Shown here piece after piece: positions 44,861-57,408 of a stretch of 64,000 nt of DNA. How positions within the stretch are numbered: the stretch's first letter is position 1; each line of letters starts with the position of its first letter. The notes beneath the pieces were generated by a model. That model was not told the DNA's origin. It worked only from the letters and a program-made list of their open reading frames with translations, and made no database searches. The DNA is from Polymyxa betae A26-41 (Eukaryota > Protista > Endomyxa: Phytomyxea): contig RBZT01000794.1 of the NCBI GenBank assembly GCA_003693705.1, forward strand, positions 24,430 to 88,429, given 5' to 3'. Both the position numbers and the translations under genes were made by a program.

Positions 44861-45374
44861 TTAATCCCGTCCCATAATCTGTTTAACTCGTCTCATGACG
44901 GAATCCTTATTCTCGTCGTAAGGCATATCTTTAGCTGGAATTTCTAACACCGATGGTATCGATTTCTCATATTGATTGAGCTTATACCGGATCTGCTCAG
45001 CAACCTATCCCACGTAAAGAACAATAAAAAAAATGGCGGACAGAGAATCCTACATGCTGATTAATAAGAATCATGGCAATATCCTTTCTTTTAGTGAACA
45101 AATCGAAAGTTTCTTCAATCTGTGCAATTGTCGTTTCTAAGAGCAGTTAAAATGCTAAATATTTGATAGATATCCCAACATACTGTTGTCAACAACAAGA
45201 AAATTCGGAGCCCCGGCGGTGCGATCTCCTACGCCAGCCAACAGAAATCCAGTGACGGTGTCCTAATTCAGCTTAAACAATACGAAATCGTCATGTTCCT
45301 AAACGGCCTACCTCATCTCCAATGATAGCAAGGAGAGCACCAGCAGGTGCTATAGGCAAGACAGCAGCACACAT
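44861..45374 (-). CDS. ATP6V1F: V-type ATPase subunit F, 4 exons
   Basis: Spliced LLAIIGDE/DTVTGFLLAGVG..NFLVVD/..RKDIAMILINQH/..IPSVLEIPAKDMPYD. Confidence 0.93.
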
Positions 45375-45457
45375 ACTGATGATATCGATATCAGCGAGGC
45401 CGCGGTTCAACTCATGATGTGTGAGATGTAATGTTACAGCTGTACCTGAGAATCAAT

Positions 45458-45568
45458 GATTGCTGGGGATGGCTTCACTCCAACGATGGTCTGAGATTGC
45501 TGGGGGTGACTTCACTCCAACGGTGGTCTGAGATTGCTGGGGATGGCTTCACTCCAAAGGTGGTCTGT
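45458..45568. repeat. Minisatellite, 3 x 37 bp
   Basis: Unit GATTGCTGGGGATGGCTTCACTCCAACGRTGGTCTGA repeated three times with few substitutions. Confidence 0.9.
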
Positions 45569-46541
45569 GAATGACTTCTACCCGATTCCAGTTGTTAGCT
45601 TCATCTATATAACTCGCCGGCAGCCAATTAAGGGGAAGACCGTTTGGTGAAAGCCTTGCTCGAACAGGCCCCAAACAGTTTGTCATGAAAACGTAGGCCA
45701 GCTGCGAAGTCGTTTGGAAGTTTCTGTGATAAGATCGCTATTACTTTAGCTTTCATCTGTGCTCGACTATGAAAGGAATGCCACTCGAATAAGATAAAAG
45801 AAAAGAAAGTGGGTGCTGCATACAGCAAGGAAGGATCTGTTCCCTTGATCAGAGACCAAGTTTATAATTGCTATCAACCGTGTACAAATTCAAGATGGAT
45901 GGCGCTTCATAGCAGATCTTCCTAAACTACCAGCCATTTCCAAACGACATCACAATTTCCGCGCCCAGATCATTTCATTGTTGCCGGGATTTAATCAGCA
46001 GCAATATTGCTCAGGCCAGCATCACTTCTTCCACCAACAATTTCTTCGCACCGAGTAACCCTAACATAGGTCCAGATAGTTTTAAACGACTAGTTGCACA
46101 AGGCAGCGAGAATGAAAGAACAAGGATGTGTACGACAAGCTGTAAAAACGATTCCGGACGGCTGCAGAGAAAGAAGTCTGCTCGATCCTAATCAAGGTGG
46201 GCGCATTTAGGGAATAAACGCAAGCTGGGAAGAGCTGCAGATCGAGGTGATGAAGCGCAGGAACATCCAGCTGCAGCTTCAGAACCTGCTCTATCTCAAA
46301 GACTATTATCCCAGAATGAGATTATCCAGCGGTGTAATATTGTGAAGAAATCCAACAATTGGTAGAAAGATCTTTTCCTGTTCTAAAACTGTCACAGTTT
46401 ACCTGTTGTATGCTACCAATTTGTGCAAAGAGTTCTCGCCAATAGCTTTGAGAAGAGATCCGATTTATATGAAAAGTGAAGGCTGTTATCGCCTAGCATC
46501 AAATGTGTGTGTACATTCGATGTGGTGGAGATCCTCGAATT

Positions 46542-46570
46542 CTCTCTGTCTCTCTCTCTGTCTCTCTGTC

Positions 46571-46604
<34 letters not shown>

Positions 46605-46612
46605 CATCTATA
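46542..46612. repeat. (TC)n/(TATC)n microsatellite
   Basis: Direct reading. Confidence 0.9.
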
Positions 46613-46834
46613 TAATATAGAGAGGGCCGACAGGGATAGTAACGTAATTGTAAGCGACTTGTTTCTTTATCTGCAAGAGACAGAATGTTGATAATGGTCG
46701 GCCAGGTCAGGGTCGTCATGACGATCTCAGGCGGGTCGTCACAGACTTGGATCAGCTGCATTTCTCTCCATCTCAGGTCAAGGACCGGTACCTACATCCC
46801 GACGTTGACTTGGTCGTTTTAGCTGCGGTCGAAT

Positions 46835-48004
46835 TTGGGCGACCCGGATCTCAGGGGATTCCCAAAGATGGAGACACGATCGCTGAGCAGGCGATGTGCT
46901 GGACTTAAGAATGTCAGCATGTGGATGGACAGCATCTTGACCTGGGAAGAATCCGATAGCGGGTCTGATGGCAATCGACGGCTTACGAAAGCTTTCAAGC
47001 CACAGCTGAAATCGACCGTGTTTGTGGAGGCCAAGAATACGGCGACATGGTGTTCTGAGGCGAGAGAAAGTTTCAAGCCATATGATGTCACCAAACTCGA
47101 TTATCAGAGCGATGGCGACCATGCACGCATCTACAAAAAGCTTCTTGAGCTTAAAGCAAAACATTCGGGATCCGATAAGGAGAATGGCGGCGATCGAAAC
47201 AGCCAGGAACTACCAAGCGAGATTTCAATAGAGAAAAAGATCGAGCTTGTTCAGGTTGCGGAACGTGCAGCTGCTGATCACGAACATCATCAGGCTGAAG
47301 GTGTTGTATGCGTTGACAGCCGCCCGAAGCCCGAATCTACGAACGAATCCATGGCAAATCCGGCGAGCCGAGCCTCTCCTGATAAGTCACCGTCACCAAC
47401 ACCGTCTGTTGCTGAAAATGCCTGTCCGAAGCAGTCCACATCTCAATCGGCATTGCTATTGCCGCGTCCAGCTTTGAAGAAAAAGCCAGTGGTACAGGAG
47501 CGATCTGCCGAAAGCCAAGCTCGGCGCCAGCAAGCCCGCCAGCTGATCAAAGCTAAATGGGAGGCTCGCCGATTCGCACAGACGTCCCAGTCAATGTCGT
47601 CGACACGACTGTTATCAGATACAGCTGTGGCTTTCGTTCTGGGTCGCCGGCCATTCGCGACGTTCGCCGACCAGACCGGATCCCGAATCAAGGATAGCAA
47701 TCGATTGTCGTTCAATATCAATCCTGAGCTCTACCCGAACCAGCCGGCTCTGGTGCAATCCGCAGATTCCGTCGTCGAGCGAGCGATTCTGAAGAATGGC
47801 CCGCAGCCGATCGGTTGCAGGCAGCGAATCAAGATGCTGCAGAATAAGCAGACCCGGAATCGGCTGGAGCGAAGACAAGAGTCGTTGGCACGCCTAAGCC
47901 AATCTGCTCGTGGCCCTCCAAGCGATGGCTGGTCGACCAGAAGGCCCGACACCGAAAAGCCGAATGCTGTACGGCGAGGAGAAGGGTTCTTCGTAAAGAT
48001 TTGA
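46835..48004 (+). CDS. Hypothetical basic/disordered protein; start uncertain
   Basis: 389-aa open frame; no domain recognised. Confidence 0.55.
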   Translation: MGDPDLRGFPKMETRSLSRRCAGLKNVSMWMDSILTWEESDSGSDGNRRLTKAFKPQLKSTVFVEAKNTATWCSEARESFKPYDVTKLDYQSDGDHARIYKKLLELKAKHSGSDKENGGDRNSQELPSEISIEKKIELVQVAERAAADHEHHQAEGVVCVDSRPKPESTNESMANPASRASPDKSPSPTPSVAENACPKQSTSQSALLLPRPALKKKPVVQERSAESQARRQQARQLIKAKWEARRFAQTSQSMSSTRLLSDTAVAFVLGRRPFATFADQTGSRIKDSNRLSFNINPELYPNQPALVQSADSVVERAILKNGPQPIGCRQRIKMLQNKQTRNRLERRQESLARLSQSARGPPSDGWSTRRPDTEKPNAVRRGEGFFVKI

Positions 48005-48879
48005 ATCTGGGCTAATATATTATACTTAAACAGTTGATAATCGGTCTGTGCATGCATGTTTAGTTCAGTTTCCCGCGTCGGAGTCGCCAACTTTCAAAAT
48101 CGAATCGGTCACGATTTGGATACGGGAATATCCATACATAATAAATTGCTTCAAGAATGTCATACCTGATGAAGCAATTGGCTCGCAAATTTGATCAATC
48201 GCTCCGCTCGTCCCGTTTCGTCGTACTGAAAACAACTTTGTTTATCCGTATTTCTTTCAATGGTGTTTATGAAGTTCCGCATGGCTTCATACCGATTTTA
48301 GGTGGAACTTCAGCGATTCCATTCCGTGTTTCGAACAGACCCGATCTTCAGAATCTGGACCTGTATGTATGGTGCCGATGTGAGCTCATTACATGATGAT
48401 AAAAAATTCCAATTGATGGCAACAAGATTTTTTTGGCAGAGCTGGCCTTGTTAACATCTCTCTGATAAGCCAAAAACCTACAAATTGTTCTCTCTATCAT
48501 TAACACGAAACCGGTTACAGTGAATCTGGCAACTAATTTGTATATTTACAGGGTCATCCGGGCCGCATTTCGCGCCCTCTTCTTTCCAATGGTCCTGACC
48601 GGCTTATCACAGTCTCTGCTCAGCTTCGGAATGCTATCGAACGAACCTTTGGCGTTTTTGAAGAAGCGTTTTCCAATACGGATTGTAACACCTGAATACC
48701 GTTTTGACGCAAGGAACGAAAACAGTTTATGTATATAGTTGTGTTGGTCTAATGATCGGCATGGCTGTGAAACAGGTGAATGCTTGTCTATGCGTTGTGC
48801 ATTTGACACAAATGTGACGGTCGAGCACGAGTCAGAAATGTGTTTCTATAACCAGTCCAATCGCCACCGATGCTTCGTT

Positions 48880-49140
48880 GCGCTGAGAGGTTAAATCGTA
48901 GACAGCACCGACATATTCAACAATCAACTCATCGGCAGCAATGGGCTCGGCTGCGAGCAACCCGAGTCCACGATCTGGAGTTTCTTGGACTGTAACCCGT
49001 TTCCACTGTTTTCGTTGAAACCGTTAATTTTGGCATTGGATGCCGGCCTTGCAATGCCGGAGGTCGCATTCGGTGTAAGTCGATCGTCCTAAGCATGCAG
49101 CGGAGTCATAAAAGGAGTCGCACTCGCAGCTGTCATAACC
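48880..49140 (-). pseudogene. AWS-SET (H3K36 methyltransferase-like) fragment with an in-frame stop
   Basis: CECD..CLGRSTYTECD..C..G..CQN*RFQRKQW..TPDRGLGLLAAEPIAADELIVEYVG. Confidence 0.8.
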
Positions 49141-49472
49141 TCGTCCTGACCATGAATACGTTACATAATAATATCTTCTGTGACGACCATTTATTTGATA
49201 GATCGAACTGAGTACAGCCTTGCCTCAGTCCGATCAACGTGCGTTTTAACTAACTTCGTTCGTCTCGTCTCGCCTTCTGGTTTTTGTCTAACCTCCCTTC
49301 CACTTCTCTCTTCTATCTCTCTCCTTCATTTTCCTTTTATCGTCTCCTCTTTATTGCGTGAACCTGGCGTGGCGAAACGCCTCTCTGCTCTCGGACAAGA
49401 TCTCAGGATCGTTCGCAGTCCGTCAGGGTCACCATTCTCGTTTCGTCAGCTGTATTGTGATCTCAGCTCTCA

Positions 49473-50021
49473 ACCATGAGTCTTGCATGTACCTGCCAGC
49501 CGTACGCTGGGAACTCTCAAAAGCATTGCGATCCAATCGCATGTGAACATTTCGGGCGTTGGGTTGTCTGTGATGGCTCTCGCTGCGACAGCATCTACGC
49601 ACAGTCTGCGAGGCGATTAGTACAAGAAGATAAGGGCATCATTACAGGCCTAAAAATGGTGACATTATTAATATGAAATTTATTAATGATTAAATATGTT
49701 CAAAGGTGCCTCAAATCCACCGCTCAATGTGCGGCTTGTATACAACCAAGAAAATTGGTGTGAACATACCGGTGGCTCTATATAGGGGCGAGGTGGTCGC
49801 TATTGTCAGCACAGCTCTCAGTCATGAGTCTTTGATGTACCTGCACGCCGTATAAGAACAAAGCCCGCAAACGACATTGCGATCTAGTCGCATGTCAACG
49901 TTTCCGCCGTTGGGTGGTCTGTGATGGCTCTCGCTGCGACAGCATTTACGCAGCCAAAACGAGGGAACTATTACTAAAAGATAGTATCGGTATCATCACA
50001 GGCATAACAACGGTGACATTA
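49473..50021. repeat. Two diverged ~200-bp copies (starting ~49475 and ~49823)
   Basis: Shared CATGAGTCTT..GTACCTGC..TCTGTGATGGCTCTCGCTGCGACAGCAT..GGTGACATTAT. Confidence 0.8.
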
Positions 50022-51599
50022 TCAGTTTGAAAATATCATTCCACCTTCAGCAATCTTCGCGAACAATTGCTGCAGATAAACGTCAGGATCGCCATAATCA
50101 TCATAACGAATCACGACGTTGCCCAGCGCAATTACGTTACGTGTCTGTCGGGAGTCCAGCACACGTTGCGTAACCATTCGCTCGACAAAATTCTTGGCCA
50201 CTAACAAAAAGTCGTCATGATCAAGTGCGTTGATCGTGACGGCCATTGCAGGACCCGGATTGTCAATATGGAATGGACGCCATTTGAATTTGTAGCGCAA
50301 AAGTAAATCGTCGCTACCAAAATATCAGAATCATGAAAATATCATCATTAAATATTACATTGGCGATCTCCAGAAGTGACAATGCGTTAGTGAAACATCT
50401 CTTTGCAGAATTCAGGCTCTTGTGACGGGCAGACATCATGATCTGAGATAGATCGCCTTCACCCCACAACGCCAAAATATATCCCGTTTTCCGCATCGTG
50501 TGAGTCCCCCATGGCCCTTGCCGCTGAATAACATTCGCGACAGTGGTTTTAAATCTGTAAAATGTTTTAAATAAAAATTTAAAATAAAAAAAGTTCGCCG
50601 AAACTTACTTTAAATTGAAGGCCATGTACTTGAGGGGGTTTCCGTTCGCATCAGTAAAAAGAAAACCCTCAGTTTTTCCGCACAAAAATATCCATCCAAG
50701 CAAATGCCTAATTAGACACAGCTCCGGAATTTCGTCATTCCGGTGAATGATCAATTACTTGAAGGATTCATCGGACTTCCCTTTGACTCGGACTCCCAGA
50801 GACATCAAATCGCCGGTACTGCGACTGACCGTCGTCAAACAGGGTATACAATCTTCCAGCTTGAACATGATTCCTTCTTTGGATCGTAACATTAACACGA
50901 TGTGAAACAGAATCATTGTCCAGATCCGATATCCATCCTTCAGATTTCGGGACAGCAGAGAGGTCCTCAGCTGGATCAGTTCGTGGGGTAGCAGGCTTGA
51001 AGACCCCTGCTGCTGATAATCAGGTAAATCGATTTTTGTGACCGCTCATATCGATTCTTGACATTATCCAGCTCACGGGGAGAGCCAGAGCGAAAAAGCC
51101 GCCGCTCATGATGAAAGATACATCCGCCGCCGCGACCAGAATCGAAAACCTCCCAGCAGCGAGGGCATGGCTCATAATATTGGCCAGATTGACCACGAGC
51201 CAAATGCAGCCGCGATAATGCAACCAAAAGTTGGTTACAATTCTCTGGATCGCGCCAAGTCGCGGTCGATAACACTGGGCGCTTCGTAAAAATATCCATA
51301 ACAGGCCCAACTCGACGCCTATTACAGGCATTCGCCATCGTGATATGAACAGGATTCCCTTCCGGCATGACTTTATAATCAATAAAAGCCATAATCGAAT
51401 CCGCGCTCATTGATGGGCAGAATTCCCTCGGCGCCTTCTCACTCATAATAATAAGCGACTCATAATCACCAATTCGTTTTAGAAATAACTCCATCGATTT
51501 ATAATGAGATTGGTATTTATTGATAGAATTCTCCGATAATGGACGAGTTCCGATCAGCGATGTGGCCTCACTGGACCATTCTAATTGCAATCGATTCAT
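50022..51599 (-). mobile_element. Crypton-type tyrosine recombinase, intron-containing, inactivated
   Basis: GDYESLIIM..PSM, Cys/His cluster, LMLRSKE (R), VKGKSD (K), THTMRKTGY (HxxR), SARHKS..AKRC (Tyr position Cys); internal stop. Confidence 0.82.
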
Positions 51600-52349
51600 A
51601 ACGCCAACTGATCAGATATAAAGCGCTCTTGAGATATTGATAAAGACTGCATCAGCCGCGAACTGGAAACTCGATCTCGTCTAATCTCCTCCTTGAATGG
51701 AACAGAGGCCAAAACAGCAGCTCCAGTGGGAAGCCCGTGGATTAATCTGCGGGCTCCCTCTGCTCTCTGATCTCGGTGACTTCATCCCCGGGTTCAACAG
51801 GGTTCAACAGGGGGTTCAAACCACGCTTCCAGATACAAAGGTCTTTTTATTTACATACAGAGCGACGGTAATATGGGCTGCAAGTGCAAGTCACGGTACT
51901 GCTGCGGAGTTGTCGGTAAGCTATTATAGTCTAAACAATGTCGGTTGTCAAATCTAATAACATGTTCAAAGGCTGCACTGCAATCACGTGACCGTTATTC
52001 CGCCTACAGCGACCTGTTAATCCTCGAATAAAAATTCGAATCAAAAAGGTCGTAGACGCTGATGATAACCAAACCCGGTTCCCGATTCATATATTCATAA
52101 AAAAACACTTTGGTTGTAGGTTTGATATGCATTATGCAGCTAGTTCAAATCAATTAAGAAAGAGAAATACCGCATCTTCCATGGTCATACACTCATACTT
52201 GTGTTCGTAAATTACTAGGGTATTCCCGCCTACTGTCCTTGAACCTGTGCTGGCTCTCTCATACGTCTACCTGTCTAACACCGTTATATGCAATTACGGT
52301 CCGGTAAAATAACCTTTCCAAATTCTATATAATTTATTGAGATATTTCG

Positions 52350-55314
52350 TATTTCTCTATGTTCTGATCCTCCTGTTAAAGTTTCTCCTTTGATTTTAAA
52401 ACAATTACCTGGTGCTGTTCCTATTTTAGCCAATTCTCGTATCATATCTTCTGTTGCTAGGACCTATATGCGTTGCTGGGTGTCTGAACTCGAAAAGTGT
52501 GGTTCAATCTTCTTCAATCGTAATCCCTCTTGGGCTCTTCTGCCTTGGTTGTCGACCCGTTCAAAAAGCCTCGGATGGTGATCGACATGGTCCCTGCTAA
52601 CAAGACTATGGTAAAATATTACTTCCCCATGCCACATTTACACACATTTGGCTGTCATTTAAAAGATTCTTCTGTTTATTTTCCTCTTGATTGCTTTAAG
52701 GGTTCTTGGCAATTTCCAGTTACTGGTGATCTTGATTGTCAAAGTTTTGTAACTCCTTTTGGCGTTTATACTCCCACTCGAATTTGCCAAGACAATTGCA
52801 ATGGCGTTTTTGCTTTTCAACGTGGCATGCATGAAATTTTTGGAGATCTGATTCCTAACGAATTATTAGTTTGGCTTGATGATTTGCTAGGATTTTCTTA
52901 TTCTCCTGACAAGTTGCTTTCTTTATTGAAAAAGGTTTTTGTTCTTTGTCGTGATTTTAATAAAAAATTGAGTGCTTCCAAATGTTGTTTTTTCATGACT
53001 GAAGCCCTCTGGTGTGGCAATATCTATTCGTCGAATGGGATCTTTCCTGATCCCAAGCGTGTTCAAGCTCTTCAGAACTTCCCTGTCCCTGCTACCGCTG
53101 GAGAACTGATGCAGTTCGTCTGTGCTGCTACGTGGTTGTCATCGGCCATCCCTGATTTTGATCGGAAAGCTGCTCCGCTACGTCAATTACTTGAAGAATG
53201 CTTGAAGAATGCCCCTGTTCGTTCGAAGAAGTTTGCATCCCGCATTCTGCTGTCGGAGGTCGGCTGGAAATCTGAACATGCCGAATCGTTTTCGACTATT
53301 GTGGACTCCATCAAAAATGCTGTTACGTTGGCGTATCCATCTGAAGATCTGGTCCCATGCCTCTTTACGGATGCTAGTAAGGATTTTTGGATGATTGTAA
53401 TAACACAAGTTCCTGTTCAGGATTTACATCTGCCATTTAAAGAGCAGTCGCATCAGCCGCTTGCTTTCTGTTCGGGCGCTTTCAAAGGTCCTTCTAAAAA
53501 CTGGTCTGTTCCTGAGAAAGAAGCCTATCCTATTCAGTATGCTGTTCGTCGCTTTGATTGTCTTCTTTGTACCGGTAAACACCCATTTCGTATTTTCACT
53601 GACCATCGAAATTTAGTATTTATCTATAATCCTGAAAGTGTATCTGTATTCCTTAACCGACATTCTTTGGATAAGGTCCATCGCTGGCGTCTCAATCTGG
53701 ACGGTAAATTTTACTGCATTGAATCTATTTCTGGCGAGGGACAATGTTTTGGCTCACGTTGGGGATTTTCGGATTCTCATTCTGCTTCTCGTGTTTCTTT
53801 ACTTGTTTTTCGTTCTCGCCTTGTTACGAATGCTATAGTTCAACCTTTGCAACAAACTGATTTCGTTTGGCCTAGCTTATCTGAAATTTCTTCAATTCAG
53901 TCTAATTATTTCTCTATTAACGATCATCTTCGTTCCAATTTTACTGTTGAAATAGGGTTTATTTAACTCAATCTCGTACTATTTTCATTCCTCCTGATGC
54001 TTTCGAATTAAAGTTTCGCATTTTGGTGATTTCACATTGTGGCCTTTCTGGACACCGAGGCATCAAAGCTACTTTATCTTCTATTCAGGAACGCTTTTAC
54101 TGGAGTGGACTTGCTGATGATGTATCCTCTTTTTGCAAACAGTGTCTGCATTGCACTGTAAATCGAGGAGGTGAAGTTGTTCCACGTCCCTTTGGCCCGG
54201 CTACCCATGCTGTTGTTCGCAACTCAGTACTTCACTTCGATTATCTACAAATTGATCTATCTCGTAAGAAGCAATTTAAATACCTTTTCGTTGTTCGTGA
54301 CGATTTATCATCGTTTGTTGAATTATTTCCTTGCTTAAATCCTACTGCGTCTTTTGCCGCTGAATGTTTAATTGATTGGATCTCCCGATATGGCATCCCT
54401 TCTATCTTTGTTTCTGATCGTGGTTCTCACTTTCTAAACTCTCTTATTGAAGGCTTATGTTTAAAATTGCACATTTATCATCATTTCACTCTTGCTTACT
54501 GTCCTTGGTCTAATGGCACTATTGAAGTCATTAACCGTCATATTTTGCATGTATTTCGTTCTTTAATTTCTGAATTTCGCCTTGACTTGGTTGATTGGCC
54601 TATTCTTGTTCTTCTGATCCGTTTTGCTTTGAACCATTCTACTCTGTTACCCTGTTTATGGGTCTACCTCCTTCCTCTCCGCTTGATGCCGTTTACAATC
54701 CTCGAACGAAAGCTGTTGTTCCTGTACCGTTGACGCCTCTTCAATTACAAGAGCTTGTATCTGATTTGCAAGCATCGCTTCTTCATTGGCATAAAGATGT
54801 TGAGGAAACTCGGTCGTCGCGAAGTGCTGCTGCTAATCGACGTCGTAAAGCAGTCCTGCCCAACTTCTCTATTTGTGACTATGTTTTGGTTTCGAATGCC
54901 TTGAAAGTTAATCGAAATAAGTTACAAGTTCATTGGTCTGGACCTTTTCGAATCGTTTCCATTAAATCTGATTATGTTTTCACTGTTCGAGATTTATTGT
55001 CTGAGAGACTTTTTGATTGTCATTGTTCTCGTCTTCGTCTTTATTCTGATTCTCAATTAAATGTTACTGAGGAGATTTTGAAACAATTTGCTCATGATGG
55101 TTATGGCTTTGAGATTGATGATATTTTGAATGTTCGTTTTGATTCTCAAATTAATGATTGGGAAATTTTCATCTCGTGGTCTGGCTTTGAATCTGCAGAG
55201 AATACCTGGGAGCCGCTTTCACAACTTCTAAAGGACTGTCCCGTCTTCATCAAGCGCCGTCTCCGGCATGCAGAATTCTGTCCCCCTGAGTTACTCTCTC
55301 TGCTCGACGTCTAA
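52350..55314 (+). mobile_element. Ty3/Gypsy chromovirus-like pol (RT-RNaseH-integrase-chromodomain), 5'-truncated and frameshifted
   Basis: RT WLDD; RNaseH TDAS/EKEAY/TDHRNL; integrase HHCC, HFDYL, SDRGSHF, NGTIE; chromodomain SWSGFESAENTWEP. Confidence 0.95.
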
Positions 55315-55371
55315 CCTCATCGATTGCGTTCTGTCCGACACTGGATCAAGACTTTAAACTGCCTCCTTCCC

Positions 55372-55556
55372 CTCATCTCTATCTCCGACTCACCTCTATC
55401 TCCATCTCACCTCTATCTCCGACTCACCTCTATCTCCATCTCACCTCTATCTCCGCCTCACCTCTATCTCCACTCCGTCCCACCTCTATCTCCATCTCAC
55501 CTCTATCTCCGCCTCACCTCTATCTCCATCCGTCTCACCTCTATCTCCGCCTCACT
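55372..55556. repeat. Pyrimidine-rich tandem repeat (CTCACCTCTATCTCC-based) in the Gypsy 3' UTR
   Basis: About 10 imperfect 16-18 bp units. Confidence 0.88.
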
Positions 55557-55856
55557 TCTGTTTTCGTCTCACCGCAAAAAAAATATATATATATATCAAA
55601 CCCCTGTCATCGTTATTCATTTCTTCTCTACCACCTCTCCTTACCTTTCTTATTTACATCCTACTATCCTTTTTCCTGTTCTGTTCCTGAAGTGTTCTTT
55701 CCTGTTCGTGGTGCTTGTGCTCATGCTGTCCCAATTTGGTGAATCTTGATCTGGCTCATCAATGTCGTCTTCATATTCCTTCCTGCTTCTGTTCTAACTC
55801 ATCAATGCCATCTTCATACTCCTTTCCTGCCCTGTTCTAACTCGGTCTCGTTCAAA

Positions 55857-56016
55857 TGAAGAGGGCGATGTGACGCGAAGTTTTTATTTTTACTTTTAAT
55901 TGTTTACCCTGCTATTGATTTATGAGGTTTCCCCCTAACCTCTCTGCGGACACCGAGACCGCTTCTCTTTCTAATAATACAACTAGAGCTCTTTATCTTT
56001 CTCTCAACACGTGTCA
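55857..56016 (+). mobile_element. PPT and putative 3' LTR of the Gypsy element
   Basis: GAAGAGGGCGA immediately followed by TGTGACGCG (55869); candidate end CACGTGTCA (56016); no partner LTR in the window. Confidence 0.55.
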
Positions 56017-56676
56017 ATTCCATCTCTTTTCCATCTCTTTATAATTGGTCTTCCGACCCCCTGGTCGTCTTACTGGGCCCATTACCTGTTAAGCTTGGAT
56101 GAAGTTTGATGCTAATGTACATACAGACAACCGATTTCGGGAATGAATATTTGAGTTTATCATGAACTGTATCAGATTTGAGGTTCTCTAAACCTCCGTA
56201 CGCAGTATGGTGCGTACTATCTGATTATATAAACGATAAGACCAGTAATTACTACCAGTATGGACTGTGTAGTATAGCTGTCTCAAATCTGAGACAATTA
56301 CGAAACTGGGTCAATCCACGATGCGGATTGATCCTGCGGACTGATCCTATGGAAGTATCCACGGAGTCCGAATTGTCACTGGGAGAGCCGACTCTCGCCA
56401 CTGGTGTCCCAGTGGCGGCAGAGACTGCGTGAGTCGCTCGCGGAGTCCGGAAAGTCCGGAACTACTCTTGACGGGCCTGAACGAGGTTTGAGGCCTGATA
56501 TTGAATCCCAACAAAACAGAATCCAATTCAACGCTTTATTAAAACGTGTCGCGTTCTCGAGACGAAACCGCTACAGAACGTATCTCAACAAGATAAAACA
56601 CGAGTTCGCCATCAGGCACGCGCCACTGTAGACTGGTCTGACACATGACAAGCCCACTCACTGGGCGGGATTTTGG

Positions 56677-57408
56677 TAGGGCTCCGATCGGTAGTCTCGG
56701 GCGGGTAATTGCCTATTACCGGTATCGTATCCGGTCCGGATACGATACCGGTAGTATCGGCTACCGAAACACGAAATTGTAATAAAGGAGCGGAAACAAC
56801 TTCTACTGTTCATTTTTTTTATGCACGCTTTGCCGAACCATCGAACATTAATGAGCTGAGCGTCTCTGGCCTCAAGGAGTGTCTGCAAAACCCGATCACA
56901 TCTCGAACTCAGTTAAATATTCTTTCAAATGGATGGCGTGACCTAAAGACTATTCAATGAGAGTAACAACGTCAGCCCGTACGCATTTTCAGAAGTCCGT
57001 CATATAAAAGCATCCTGTATTTTTCGGTACCGGGTCGGGTACCGCCCCCGTACCGATACCCGATCCGGACGCCGATACTTCGGTAGTACCCGACCCGCTC
57101 GGAGCCCTATTTCAACCGCCACGTACTGCAGATCCAGGAATGGAAAGAATGTCCTTGGCAACTTTGCTGCGGTTCGAAAAACTGCTTCGAACGGGGTTTC
57201 CAGAATATCAAGGGGTCAACTGCTGGATGCTCTCAGCGCAAGCTCAGGTACTTTTCCACTTCATTACCTGTTGCTCTGCTACAGTATGGGAGACTATAAA
57301 TTTCGGTAGTTTTCGGTACCCGGTCGGACAGCTTCCTAATACCGTACCGTACCGGTATCCGATCCGAACACCGATACTCGGGTAGTATCCGACCGAGTCG
57401 GAGCCCTA
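56677..57408 (-). mobile_element. Non-autonomous hAT derivative with a dimerisation-domain remnant
   Basis: TIRs TAGGGCTCCGA / TCGGAGCCCTA (right ends at 57109 and 57408); minus-strand NEVEKYL..DPLIFWK..SKVAKDILSIPGSAV at ~57110-57290. Confidence 0.8.

Noticed and set aside
45458-45568. 37-bp repeats as a CRISPR array
   Set aside because: Units are directly adjacent with no spacers, there are no cas genes, and the context is eukaryotic
45600-46500. Possible decayed gene or TE upstream of V-ATPase F
   Set aside because: Only short broken frames with no motif I can support
48132-48136. CCATA (TATGG on the minus strand) as a Crypton terminus
   Set aside because: No matching same-strand copy found at the other end; a 5-mer is expected by chance
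55324-55749. 141-aa ORF after the Gypsy pol
   Set aside because: Translation of a pyrimidine-rich tandem repeat
56396-56417. 9-bp-stem hairpin as an ncRNA or terminator
   Set aside because: Isolated; no tRNA or ncRNA features
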